Source: the human T2T-CHM13v2.0 reference genome, Homo sapiens
Length of the DNA: 64,000 nt
Direction: 5' to 3' (one strand)
NCBI RefSeq assembly: GCF_009914755.1
Contig: NC_060932.1
Both the position numbers and the translations under genes were made by a program. Below the pieces are notes generated by a model. That model searched no databases. It saw only the letters and a program-made list of their open reading frames with translations, and was not told where the DNA came from. This document shows positions 32,065 to 54,430 of the stretch, in pieces; the stretch's first letter is position 1; each line of letters starts with the position of its first letter.

Positions 32065-33196
32065 TTAATTTATTTCACAGCAATTTCAAACTTGCATAAA
32101 AATTGCAAGAACAGCTTAAAAAACCTCCTGTGTTGTCTTTATCTATTGACCCCATTCAAGTTTCACTCATTGCCTCATTGATGTCCCTTATAGCATAAGG
32201 TCTCGAGTCACATGCTGCAACCAGTTGTCATGTCTCTCTAGGTTCTGTTAATCTGGAATCATTCTCCAGTCTTCCCTCACATTTCATATCCTTGACATGT
32301 TTTAGGGTCACAGATCAGTCACTTTGTGGAATGTTCCTTCAATTTGAGTTTTCAAATGTTTCCCCATGATCAGGTTATACAAATTTTGGCAAAAATATCA
32401 CATAAATGATGCATTCTCCTTGCATTTCAATTAGGTGACACATAAGGTCAATTTTCCCCCATAGTGGTGGTATAAATTCTAATTACTTGATTAACATATT
32501 GTCTCCCAGGATCCTCCATTGTAAAGTTGCTTTTTAATCCTCTGTAATTAAGTATTTTGTGTGGAAATACTTTGAAACTATGTAAATATCTGTTCCTCAT
32601 CTCACTCTCACCTACTACTTTTAGCATCCATTGATGTTTCGTGCTTGAATTAATTATTACTATGATGGTTTCTAAGTGGTGCTTTTTCTAATTCCATCTA
32701 GTTAGACAAAATAGATGTCTCATTCCTACATTTATTAGTTAATATTATAGTGTAAACAGAGCTTCCTTTACTCTCTTTTTACTTACTGATTTATGTATTT
32801 AGATCAGTGTAGACTCATGGATTTCTGTTTTATTTGATGGCTTATAATATGTCATCATCATTATTCTGACTTTCAGATTATCCCAGATTTGGCCATAAGA
32901 TGCACCTTTATGCTGGCTTCTGTGTGCTTTTGAAATATCTTCACAGTTCTTTTAGCACAATTTTTACCATTTGGCACCAAAAGATGTATTAGGCTAATCT
33001 TCTACTTTCCTTGCCAAGACCTGGATTCAGCCATTTCTCTAAGAAGTTCTAGTTCCTTTGAATGTAGACTGGAATTTGGAAACCAAGATCTGGGTGCCGG
33101 ATGTTATTTAATAGATGGGTTAATTGCTATTCAGTGTTGCTATTCCCAGGCCAGAGCCAATAAATAACACAAACACACACATCCCTTTACATCATT

Positions 33197-33240
<44 letters not shown>

Positions 33241-33620
33241 TCTGAAACCATGAGATCATGCTAAGTCCAATTCTGATCCAACACATAAGGTTGTTCTCAG
33301 TCATTGAGAAACCTGGCTCTCATTATCATTAATTTGCCTAATCCTTTTTATGTAGCCAGTTACTGACCATGTCAGGCTGTCCCTGCTTCCTAACTCCAAC
33401 ATTACCTTTGCATTGGCTGCTATTTACTAGCTGAAACAGGGCTGCCCCGCCACCTGGCTCCAACACCATCTTCAAGAGGCCAACATTACTGAGCTTTTGA
33501 GGCTCCTTTTTCTCTCCAGCTCCAATATTATCCTCCTGCAGGCAACCATTGCTGCCCTTCTGGGGTCTACCAGATGAATTTTGGACTGAAGAAGGAGAGA
33601 AGGAAGGAAAGAAGAAAAAA
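32065..33620 (-). mobile_element. L1MC-type (L1MC4-like) long 3' UTR
   Basis: caatttcaaacttgcataaaaattgcaaga..., gttgtcatgtctctctagg, gaaatactttgaaactatgtaaatatc, ttggaaaccaagatctgggtgc, gagaaacctggctctcatta. Confidence 0.75.
33201..33238 (+). repeat. (AC)19 perfect microsatellite
   Basis: Direct reading of the sequence. Confidence 0.97.
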
Positions 33621-34100
33621 AAGAAGAATGGAGACTTAAGAAATCATGAATGAAAATAAATAGCAGATATTTTTAACTATAATTAAGTCGGGATGCACGC
33701 CCATGACTTGCTATTTATTCTTCAGTGATTTCTTTTAAGTTTCATGTTAAAATCTACCTTAAAAATTAGTGTTATTTCTTCTCCAAAAGACAAATATACA
33801 GGCTTAATATACTATAAAAATAATAAAATGATTGCATGTAACCTGGATTTGGTATATAGAGGCCATAATAAAGCTAATTAATGCAGCCTTCCACTATGAA
33901 TATCTCAAAAGTAATTATAGCATGAGTATTAAATGAGTTGATTAATGTAAAGGTCTTAGAATAATGTCTGATAGTAAGCACTATTTTAATGGCAGCTGTA
34001 TTATGTTATCATTATTTGTATTTCTAACTCCTGTTTTTTACAGAAATATTTGTATTTGAGTTTTTATTGTCATACCTCAAACTTCTTTAAAAGTTACCCT

Positions 34101-37100
34101 AGAGAGAGGGGCTTAAAGATGGCTGACTAGAGGAATACAACACTTGCCTCCTCCAAGAAGAACCTAAATAGTAAGTGGATAATCCCACTTCAAATAGATC
34201 TTCTAAGAGAGAGCACTGAAATTCAACAGAGAAGTGACAGAAAACACCTAAGGCACAGAAGAGGAGGAAAGCAAAGCAAAGATTGGATGGGAACCTGGGG
34301 AGGTTCCCTAATGTGGGGAAAGAGTAAGTGAAAGACCACGAGTGGTTCACATTTCCACTGTGGACTCTTACAATCTTACCCATGGGAGCAGCTTTTGCAG
34401 GCCCTAGGAATGGCATAGTGACCTGCCTAGAAACTGTGCAATGGCATTGCTCCAGAGAGAGAATTCATCCTGGGTCCCAAATACCTCCTGAGTACCAAGC
34501 AGATGCAGCATGGTGCCATTTTGAGAGCTCAGCCCCCACCAGACTGCATCCTGCCCTGGGCCACAACAGCCCCTGCATCTCCACATCCCTGGAGGTACAC
34601 TGACATACTTCTGAGTTCACCTGGAGGACTGCGGAAGCATGATGCCAGCTGGACCCAGTGGAATGTCAGGCTTCCCAGCACTCTAGTACAAACTTGTCTG
34701 TGCCCCACAGAATGGGCAGTGCAGCTTACCAAGGACGATGTCCCCAGGACAAAGAGAGCTACAACATGCTCTCTGTAGAGTCTGAGAACCACCTACCAGG
34801 GAAAGTTACCACAGACAGCAACCTCAACCCCCAGCCCCAGCAGTAGGACAAGCTATGCTGCCATCTGCAGTAGCTGCTGTTGCAGCTGAGGGCCAAAGTG
34901 CATGCCACTGACAGTGACCCTGGCCCTCTAGCATCAGGGTTGCCACCATGTACTTGCATATGCCATGAGGACTAGTTTCCCTTGCTGCTGCTGCTGCCAT
35001 TGATGCCACTACTGCCACCGCTGAAGGCCAAAGCACCCTCCCTAACCCAAGAGCCTGAGAACTGCCTGTGTGTGGCTGCAGTCACTGGCAGCAACTCTGT
35101 CCCCCAGCACCAGGGCCACAGCACGCTTGTACATGCCCTGAACACAGGCTCCCCCAGCCTATTGTTGCTGCTGCAGTCACCCAAGCATTCTGCCAAGAGC
35201 CTGGCATCACCTTGCCCTGCTCACTACAGCCTCAAGTGCACCAGTGGGGGGCCTGGGGACAGGCCTGCTCACCCCTACTTCTCTCAACAGTGCTTGAACA
35301 CACTACCTGGGGTCTTGGGGATTGCCCCATCCTGTTCACCACCGTCATCTGTGTACTTCTCCCAGTGGACTGAGCATGGGCCCAGCCAGCCTGCTGCTAA
35401 TGCCATAGTTAGCAACCAGCTGCATGTGCCACCTGGAAGTTTGGGAACTGGCCTGCCTAGCCCATTGCAGCAACTGCTAACACTAATGCATGCCACTTCA
35501 AAGCCCAAGGGATGTCCCCCCACTGCTGCTGCCATCACCCATGCTCCACATCCTATCCAGGGGACCAAGGATCTGCCTACCTACCTGCCCTATGGCTACC
35601 ACTGCTGGCACCCAAGCAAGCTCTCCAGAGGCACAATAATCAGCTCACTTGTGTCTGGTAATACTGATGCCCACGTATGCTGACTGGGACCCAAGGACAG
35701 GCATGCCTGGCCCACTGCTGCCACCACTGGGGTCCAAGGAGTGGCCTACCTGGCATCCCCATTCCCAATAAAACCTCACCACAGCCTCTATTAACAACTG
35801 CAGCCTATACCACTGAAGAAATCACAGACACCACTGACAGTGTTTACAGCTGAAGAAATCATATAGAGACTACACTACTGCATACACCCAGAATCAAAGC
35901 TAAAGTGTCCTACCCAACCAACACTATAGTTAAATCTTCAGGAAAAAGTCATCCCCTGTTAAAGTCAATGCAAAAAGTTGGAAGAAGTGACTGTTACACA
36001 AGATGTGCAGGTATCAGTGAAAAGACACAAGAAACATGGAAAAGCCGAGGAAATACAACATCTCCAAAGGAACACAATAATTCTCTGCAAAGTATTCCAA
36101 CAAAAAAGAAATTTATAAAAATGTGGAAAAAGAATTCAAGTAATGTCTTAAGAAAGCTCAGTGAGACACAAGAGAACACAGATAAACAATACAATGAAAT
36201 CAGAAAAATAATTCAAGATATGAATGTAAAATTCACCAGAGGTATAGATATCATAAAAAATAACCAAAGAGAAATCCTGGAAAAGAAGAATTCAATGAAT
36301 GAAACAAAAAAGTCATTCAAGAGCTTCAACAATAGACTAGAGCAAACAGAAGAAGCAAATTCAGAATGCAAAGATAGGTCTTTCCTTTGAAATAACCTAG
36401 TCAAACAAAAACAAACAAAACAAAGAAAAAATAATTAAAAAAACCAAAGCCCATGTGACATATATGACATCCTAAAGGAACCAAATATTTGAATTTTGGA
36501 TGTTTCAGAAGGTAAAGAGACCAAAGGCATAGAAAATCTATTTAATGAAACAATATCTGGAAACCTCCCAAGTCTAGTAAAAGATTTAGACATACAATTA
36601 TAAGAAGCTTACAGATCCCCGAGTAGATACAACCCAAAAAGGCCTTCACAGCACATTATAGTCAAACTGTCAAAAGTCAAAGACAAAGAGATAATTCTAA
36701 AAACAGCAAGGGAAAAGCATCTAGTCACATAAAAGGGAGCCCCCATCAGGTGAACAGTGGATTTCTGAGCAGAAATCTTATAGGCCAAGAAAGAATAAGA
36801 TGATATATTCAAAGTGGTGAAAGAGAAAAACTGCCAGCCAAGAAAGAGTACCTTACTTACCAAAGTTATCCTTCATAAATGAAGGCGAAAGAAAGTCTTT
36901 TCTAGACAAGCAGAAACTGAGGGAATTTCTCACCACTAGACTGAATCTACAAGAAATGCTTAAGGGAGTCTTACAATGGGATGTGAAAAGATGATATATA
37001 CCATCATAAAAACACAGGAAAATATAAAACACAAGGCTAGAGAAAACACAAATGAAGAGAAAGGACTCAAATATTACTATCAGAGAAAAATCACCAAATC

Positions 37101-39279
37101 ATAATGGTAAACAACAAGAGAAAGAAAGGAACAAAGATATACAAAACAACCAGAAAACTACAAAATGGTAGGAATAAGTCTTCATATATCAATAAACAAC
37201 CTTGAATGTAAATAAATTTAATTTTCCACTTAAAAGATATAGATTGGCTGAATGAATTAAAAAAACCCATGACCTGACTATATGATGCCTACAGAAACTC
37301 ACTTCACCTATAAAGACATATATGCACTAAAAGCAAAGAGATGGAAAAAGATGTTCCATACAAACAGAAACCAAAAGTAGCAGAAATGGCTATACTTATC
37401 ACCAATAAAACAGAATTTAAATAAAAATAGTGAAATGAGACAAAGGACATCAGAAAATAAATTCTAAATATATATGCACTTAATACCAGAGCATCCAATA
37501 TATAAAACAAATATTATATTTAAAGGGAGAGATCAACTACAATAGTTATTGGGGACTGCAACACACCATTCTCAGCTTTAGACAAATCATCTAGACAGAA
37601 AATCAACAAAGAAACATTCATTGGATTTTAACTGTACTTTACACCAAATAGACTGAACAAACATCTATGGAAGATTTCATCCAACAGCTGCAGAATACAC
37701 ATTCTTCTCATCAACACATAAAACATTCTCCAGGGTAGATCATATGTTAGGACACAAAAGAAGTCTCAAAAATTTTTTAAAAATTAAATGTATACCAAGT
37801 ATCTTCTCAGGCCACAAAGGAATAAAACTAGAAATCAATAAAAAGAGGAACCTTGGGAACAGTATAAATACTTGGAAATTAAATAACATGCCCCTGAATG
37901 ACCAATGGGTCAATGAAGAAGTTAAGAAGGAAATTAAAAAATTTCTTAAAACAAATGAAAATGGAAACACAATTTGCCAAAACCTATGGGATACAGCAAA
38001 AGCAGTTCTATAAGGAAGTTTATATTAATGAATACCTACAACAAGAAAGTAAATATTTCATGTAATATATAATGTGCCCCAAAGAACTAGAAAAGCAAGA
38101 ACAAACCAAATCCCAAATAAGAAGGAAAGAAATAATGAAGATCAGAGTATAATTAAACAAAACAGAGACAAAAAATACAAAGTATCAATGAAACAAAAAG
38201 TTATTTGTTTGAAAAGATAAAATTGAGAAATGTTTGGATAGACTAATAAGAAAAAAAGAGAAAAGACCCAAATAAACAAAGTCTTAAATGACAAAGGAGA
38301 CAAACAACTAATACCACAGAAATAAAAAAGATCATCAGAGATTATTATGTTCAACTATACATCAGAAATTAGAAAACCTAGAGGAAATGGATAAATTCCT
38401 GTATACATTCAACCTACCAAGATCAAACCATGAAGAAATAGAAAACCTCAGTAAACCAATAATAAATAAAAAGATTGAACCAGTAGTAAAAAGTCTTCCA
38501 ACAAAGAAAAGCCCTGGACTTGATGGCTTCAATGCCAAAGTCTACCACTCTTATAAAAACTACTATCAATTATACTCAAACTATTGCAAAAAATGGAAAA
38601 GGAGGGAATTATTTCTAACTTATTCTACAAGGCCAACACTACTCTGATACCAAAACTGGACAAGAACACACAAAAAAAGAAAATTACAGGCTAATATCAC
38701 TGATGAAATTAGATGCAAAAATTCTCAACAAAATAACTAGCAAACCAAAATCAACAACACATTAAAAAGATCATTCACCATGATCAAGTGGGATTCATCC
38801 CAGGGATGCAAGGATGGTTCAACATATGCAAATCAATAGATGTGATACATCACAGTAACAGAACCAAGAAGAAATTATATGATTAATTCAACAGATACCA
38901 CAAAAATATTCAATAAAATTCAACATCCTTTTATGATAAGAATCTTGTCAAAATGGGTATAGAAGGAATATACCTCAAAATATGACAGACACATAGCTAG
39001 CATCATATTGAATGGGGAATAATTGAAGGTCTTTCCTTTAAGGACTGGAACAAGTCAAGAAGACACCACTTTCATTTAACATAATACTGAAAGTCCTGGC
39101 CAAAGAAATTATGCAAGAGAAAGAAATGAAAGGCATCTAAGTTGGAAAGAAAGAAGTCAAACTAGCCTTGTTCACAGATGGCATAATTTTATATATTGAA
39201 AGCCTAAAGACACTACTGAAAAACTGTTGGAAGTAATAAATACAGTAAAGTTACAAAATACAAAATTGTCATGCAAAAA
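34101..39279 (+). mobile_element. Old full-length L1 (L1M2/L1MA4-5-like): 5' UTR, ORF1 and 5' two-thirds of ORF2; host of the nested stack
   Basis: Starts ...ggggcttaaagatggctg after TT/AAAA; ~1.9-kb GC-richer 5' UTR; decayed ORF1 (~36030-37010) and ORF2 from ~37166 ([27 protein letters not shown]). Confidence 0.9.
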
Positions 39280-43676
<4,397 letters not shown>

Positions 43677-44191
43677 TAAAATGTGGTACATATACACAGT
43701 GGAATACTATTCAACCATAAAAAAGAATGTCATTCTATAATAATTTGCAACAACATGGATGGAAGTATAGGTAATTATGCTAAGTGAAATAAGCAGGCAC
43801 AGAAATACAAACCTCTCATGTTCTCACTTATTTGTGGGATCTAAAAATCAAAACGACTGAACTCATCAAGATAGAGAATAGAAGAATGGTTCTCAGAGTC
43901 TGGGAATGGCAGTGAGGCGTGGGGTGTGGAGAAAGTGGGGATGGATAATGGGTAAAAAAAAATAGTTAGAAAAAATAGATAAATGCTTGAGGGGATGGTT
44001 ATCAAATTTTCCATGATATTATTACATTATGTGTCTGGTATGTGTGTACCAAAATATCTCATGTACTCTATAAACCTGTACATCTACCATATACTCATAA
44101 AAGCTAAAACTAAACATCTATACATCTACCTATACATCTACCATGTACTCATAAAAACTAAAAAAAAACCCCAACAAATGAACAAAAAAAA
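43677..44191 (+). mobile_element. L1MA2/3-like 3' end with internal deletion and duplicated tail
   Basis: aaaatgtggtacatatacac...ctaaaaatcaaaac...aaatgcttgaggggatgg...caaaatatctcatgtac. Confidence 0.85.
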
Positions 44192-44200
44192 GACATTCTT

Positions 44201-50785
<6,585 letters not shown>

Positions 50786-50804
50786 AAAATTACCCTGACA
50801 AACC

Positions 50805-51167
50805 CCTATCATCTGAATGTTGGTGTCCTCTCAAAATTCATGTGTTGAAACCCTAATCCCAGTGTGATAGTATTTGGAGGTGGGGCCTTTGAGAGGTAAT
50901 TAGTTCATGAAGGTGGAGCCCTCATGAATGGAATTAGTACCCTTATAAGAAGCCAGTGAGCTAGCTAGCTCTCTTTATGCCATGTGAAGATACAACGAGA
51001 AGTTGGCAGTCTGCAACCCAGAACACAGCCCTCAGCAAAACCTGACCAACTATGATGGCACCCTTATCTCAGACTTCCAGCCTTCTCCAGAACTATGAGA
51101 AATATATTCTTTTTGTTTATAAGCCACCAAGGTTATGGCACTTTGTTATAGCAGCTGAAATAAGACA
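50805..51167 (+). mobile_element. MLT1A-like solo LTR
   Basis: ctgaatgttggtgtcctctcaaaattcatgtgttgaaacc...ggtggggcctttgagagg...ctcagacttccagcc...ttgttatagcagc...taagaca. Confidence 0.88.
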
Positions 51168-51419
51168 CAAATCTCTTCTAAACTTAATTTATAATATTCA
51201 TTTTTTATATAAATTATTGATTAAGATTTCTTCCTTCTCCTTTTCTTCCTCTTCCTCCTCCTCCAGCATAGGCATTCTCTTGGCAATTAGTTACTTAACC
51301 TAGCCTCCCCATCCCCACCCCTACCCCTATAACTCTGCTCTATTTTCACCCTTCTCCTGCTTGTTTATAAATGTCAATGTTACCCAATTTCTGGGGATAA
51401 GATGTCCCCCTGTCTGGGG

Positions 51420-51630
51420 AGTTCAGCTCTGCAGACTAGGGCAATGAGCTTTGGACTTGGTTGTGTGACCTGTGCAAATTGCCAACTACTCTGAGCTTCA
51501 GGTTTCTTCAACTGTAAAGTGGACCTAAGTAGCGTTACCTCTTAGGATTATTTTGTGATTTAAATGAGACAATTTGATGAAGTACTAAACACAGCACTAA
51601 AAGATGTTAGCTATTGTTACGCTTATTATT
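51420..51630 (+). mobile_element. MIR
   Basis: tgtgtgacctgtgcaaattg...ctctgagcttcaggtttcttcaactgtaaa. Confidence 0.7.
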
Positions 51631-51859
51631 ACAAAACAGAGGGATTTTTGGCCTTTATATTGTCTGTCTTCTCTTTCCTTGAATGTCTTTTTTTCTTAAA
51701 TGTTTGCCCTAATGCTGAGAAAAATGGACATATGCAGCTTCTAACAGTTGTCTGTTAGTAGTGTCTGTAAAACAAACTAAATTTTTGGATGTTTTAGAGT
51801 GACATGATGAATTTGAGATTGTGGAATCAAAGACAGGCAACTCTTCACAGAGTTTTTTA

Positions 51860-52430
51860 AGAACATGGAATCTGGAGGCAGACTGCCTGAGTTTGGATCC
51901 TGGGTTTCCTCCACTCGGTAGTTGTGTGACCTTGGGAAAATTGCTTACCCTCTCTGTGCATCAGTTTCCTCATCTGTAAAATGGAGATTATAATAAAATC
52001 CTTATTTCATAAAGTTGTTGTGGGCTGGACATGGTGGCTCACGCTTGTAATCCCAGCACTTTGGGAGGCTGAGGAAGGAGGATAGCTTGAAACCAGGAAG
52101 TTCAGATCAGCCTAGGCAGCAAAGCTAGATCTTGTGTCTATCAAAAAAAAAAAAATTAGTGCAGTGTAGTAGTGTGCACCTGTAGTCCCAGCTACTAGGG
52201 AGGCTGAGGCAGGAGGATGGCTTGAAGTTGAGGCCAGGAGTTCAGGGCTGCAGTGAGCTATGATTGTGTCACTGCACTCTGGCCTGGGCAACAGAGTAAG
52301 ACCCTGAACCTAAAAAAATAAAAACAAAGTAAAATAAAGCTGTTGTGAGAATTCAGTAAGTTAATATATGTAAAAATACTTAGATTGAGCCTGGCACTTC
52401 GTAAGCACTGTATACATATTAGCTGTTCAA
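51860..52430 (+). mobile_element. MIR split by an AluJ
   Basis: tctggaggcagactgcctgagtttggatcc...tcagtttcctcatctgtaaaatggagat; resumes tgttgtgagaattcagtaag...cctggcacttcgtaagcac. Confidence 0.88.
52023..52333 (+). mobile_element. AluJ
   Basis: ggaggatagcttga, ggctgcagtgagctatgat; TSD ATAAAG(T/C)TGTTGTG at 52009-52022 and 52334-52347. Confidence 0.94.
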
Positions 52431-53254
52431 CTATTGATCTGTAATGGCCTTTCCACAAGCAAAGGAGATTTTTCTGTCACCACCACCAAATTGTTATTTT
52501 TTGTGGCTTAGATGTTCTTTTCCTTTATATGTAGGAAGTCAAATTTTTGTAGTGTGTGTTTGCTTATATGTGTACATATATATAGATAAGTAAATATATG
52601 TAGTTTTGTTTAACTTATCTATTTTACTGAAATACTGTGTTGATTGTTTGTGGTGTGGAAGGGAACTTTTTCCTTTTGCCTTTGTCCATATGAACAAGTG
52701 AGACGGAGTGGGACCAAAGCACATCACCAGTGTGATTTATTGGAGGATGTCTGGATGGCTGAGAAGCAGTCATGGATGCTTCCCCTTGTCTCCACATGAC
52801 TCAGATGTAGAAAGAGCCCTGGAGAAGAAAGTCAACTGAATATTTTAGATCAGTCCATTAAAAAATTTTTATTTTTATTTTTTATATTTTCTCTTTTATA
52901 AAGCATACTGAATGTGAGAGGATCAGTCCATTTTGTGTGTGGCATAAAACCCCACATAGTCTCTTATAAGTCGCTGGTGCCTTTTCACCCCTAGCTTATT
53001 AGAGCAACTAAGGTTAGTGTTTTCCATTTTAGACTCCATGGCACTGGCAAAAGAGATGTCTTTTTGCATGGGGGTCATGTTATTTTGGTATAATACTTAT
53101 TCTTTGGAAAAGTTTTTTCTTGTTGTTGTTATTTGTTTTAGATGAATTGGGCCAGTACAGATTAGGCTTTGAATGTAATTGTTCTTTAAAACACATATTA
53201 TACTTAACATCTGTTCATATTTTTCTTAGAGGCAGTATGGTTTAATAAAAAGAA

Positions 53255-54430
53255 CTTTAATTCATTAAACAAATAAATATTACATCTAATATATATTTAT
53301 ATTTATATACTATATCTAATAAATGCTATCCAGCTGTGCTGGGTGAAGAATAAATATGTGTCTGTATATGCATTGCCTCCTCCATCCTTCATGTAAAGAT
53401 ATTTGTATAACTTACATCTGGTGGGGAGACAGGTATTAATCTAAGAATCATGTAAATATAAAAGTAATTATGATTGGGGAAACAGCGTGGTACTGAGAGA
53501 AAGTATATTAGGAGAGAATTCTGTGTACTCAGGCCAAGGAAGGCTTCCTAGGAGGCAATGGCACTTGAGCTGAGATCTGGAGGACACGCAGGAGATAAGG
53601 AGAATATTCTGAACAGAGGCCTAGTGTATGCAGAGGTCCTGTGGCAGGAGGGAGCATGAGTTGTTTGAGGAGTAGAAAGGAAGTTAGTGTTGTCAGCGTG
53701 CAGTAGCAAGAAGGAGTTTGGTGAAAAGATGATGAAACTGTTGAGCGAGGTAGGAGCCAGAGAGACTAGAGCCTTGAGGGCTATGTTAAGCACTTTGCTG
53801 GAAAAAGACCTGTCAAATGTTGAGAGAATCTCAGGCCATGGCTTCTGGTGTGTGAAAAGAAGAAGAAGAAGGAGCAGCGGAAGGAGAAATGCCATAACAT
53901 GGCTAATAATTAAGGCTATAAGTTAATATTCTTGATACATAAAAGAATAATTCATATAGGTATGCTATTCACAAGACAATTACAGAACTTACAAAAAATC
54001 AGTCTAAAGGGTACTATAGGTGGTATGGATGTAGTAGGACACTAATTTAAAGTTGTGTGATGAGCATCTTCTCTCAATCCTGTCACTGTGTCTTTGTGAC
54101 TATATACAGGTAATTCCCCATTTAAACGTAGGGTGAAACTTCAAATTTGTGATCTTTCATGAATGTGCAGCTTAGGCCACATGACTTTCTTTGTGCATCA
54201 GTGATAGCCTCTAAATGCAAAACTGTTGAAATGTTTCAAGCAAGAGAAAGTGAGGTAGTCAGATATATGTGTTGAAAAAAATCACTTTCAATGTAAATTG
54301 ATTTTACAGGGGCCCATGAGAATTTGGAGAGATCAGTTAGGACACTATCTCAGTAGTCCTGACAGAAGATGATAGAAGCATGTACCAGGGTGACAGCAGT
54401 GGAGGTAGAGAGAAACAAATGGATTGTTTT
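53255..54430 (-). mobile_element. L2 fragments (~53255-53820 and ~54240-54430)
   Basis: attcattaaacaaat...; ggaaggcttcctaggagg...ttgagctgagatctggagga; cagaggtcctgtggcagga; gatcagttaggacacta...cagggtgacagcagtggagg. Confidence 0.75.

Noticed and set aside
33380-33560. Degenerate recurring ctccaacattac-like units and a partial CTCF-like word
   Set aside because: Appears to be part of the L1MC-type 3' UTR. The units are too degenerate to define an array, and the motif lacks the CCA half of the CTCF core.
34982-35683. 233-aa Pro/Ser/Leu-rich ORF and overlapping ORFs in a GC-richer block
   Set aside because: Lies in the 5' UTR of the old L1, starts at TTG, and GC-rich degenerate repeats give long frames on both strands by chance. 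CpGs are depleted, so it is not a CpG island.
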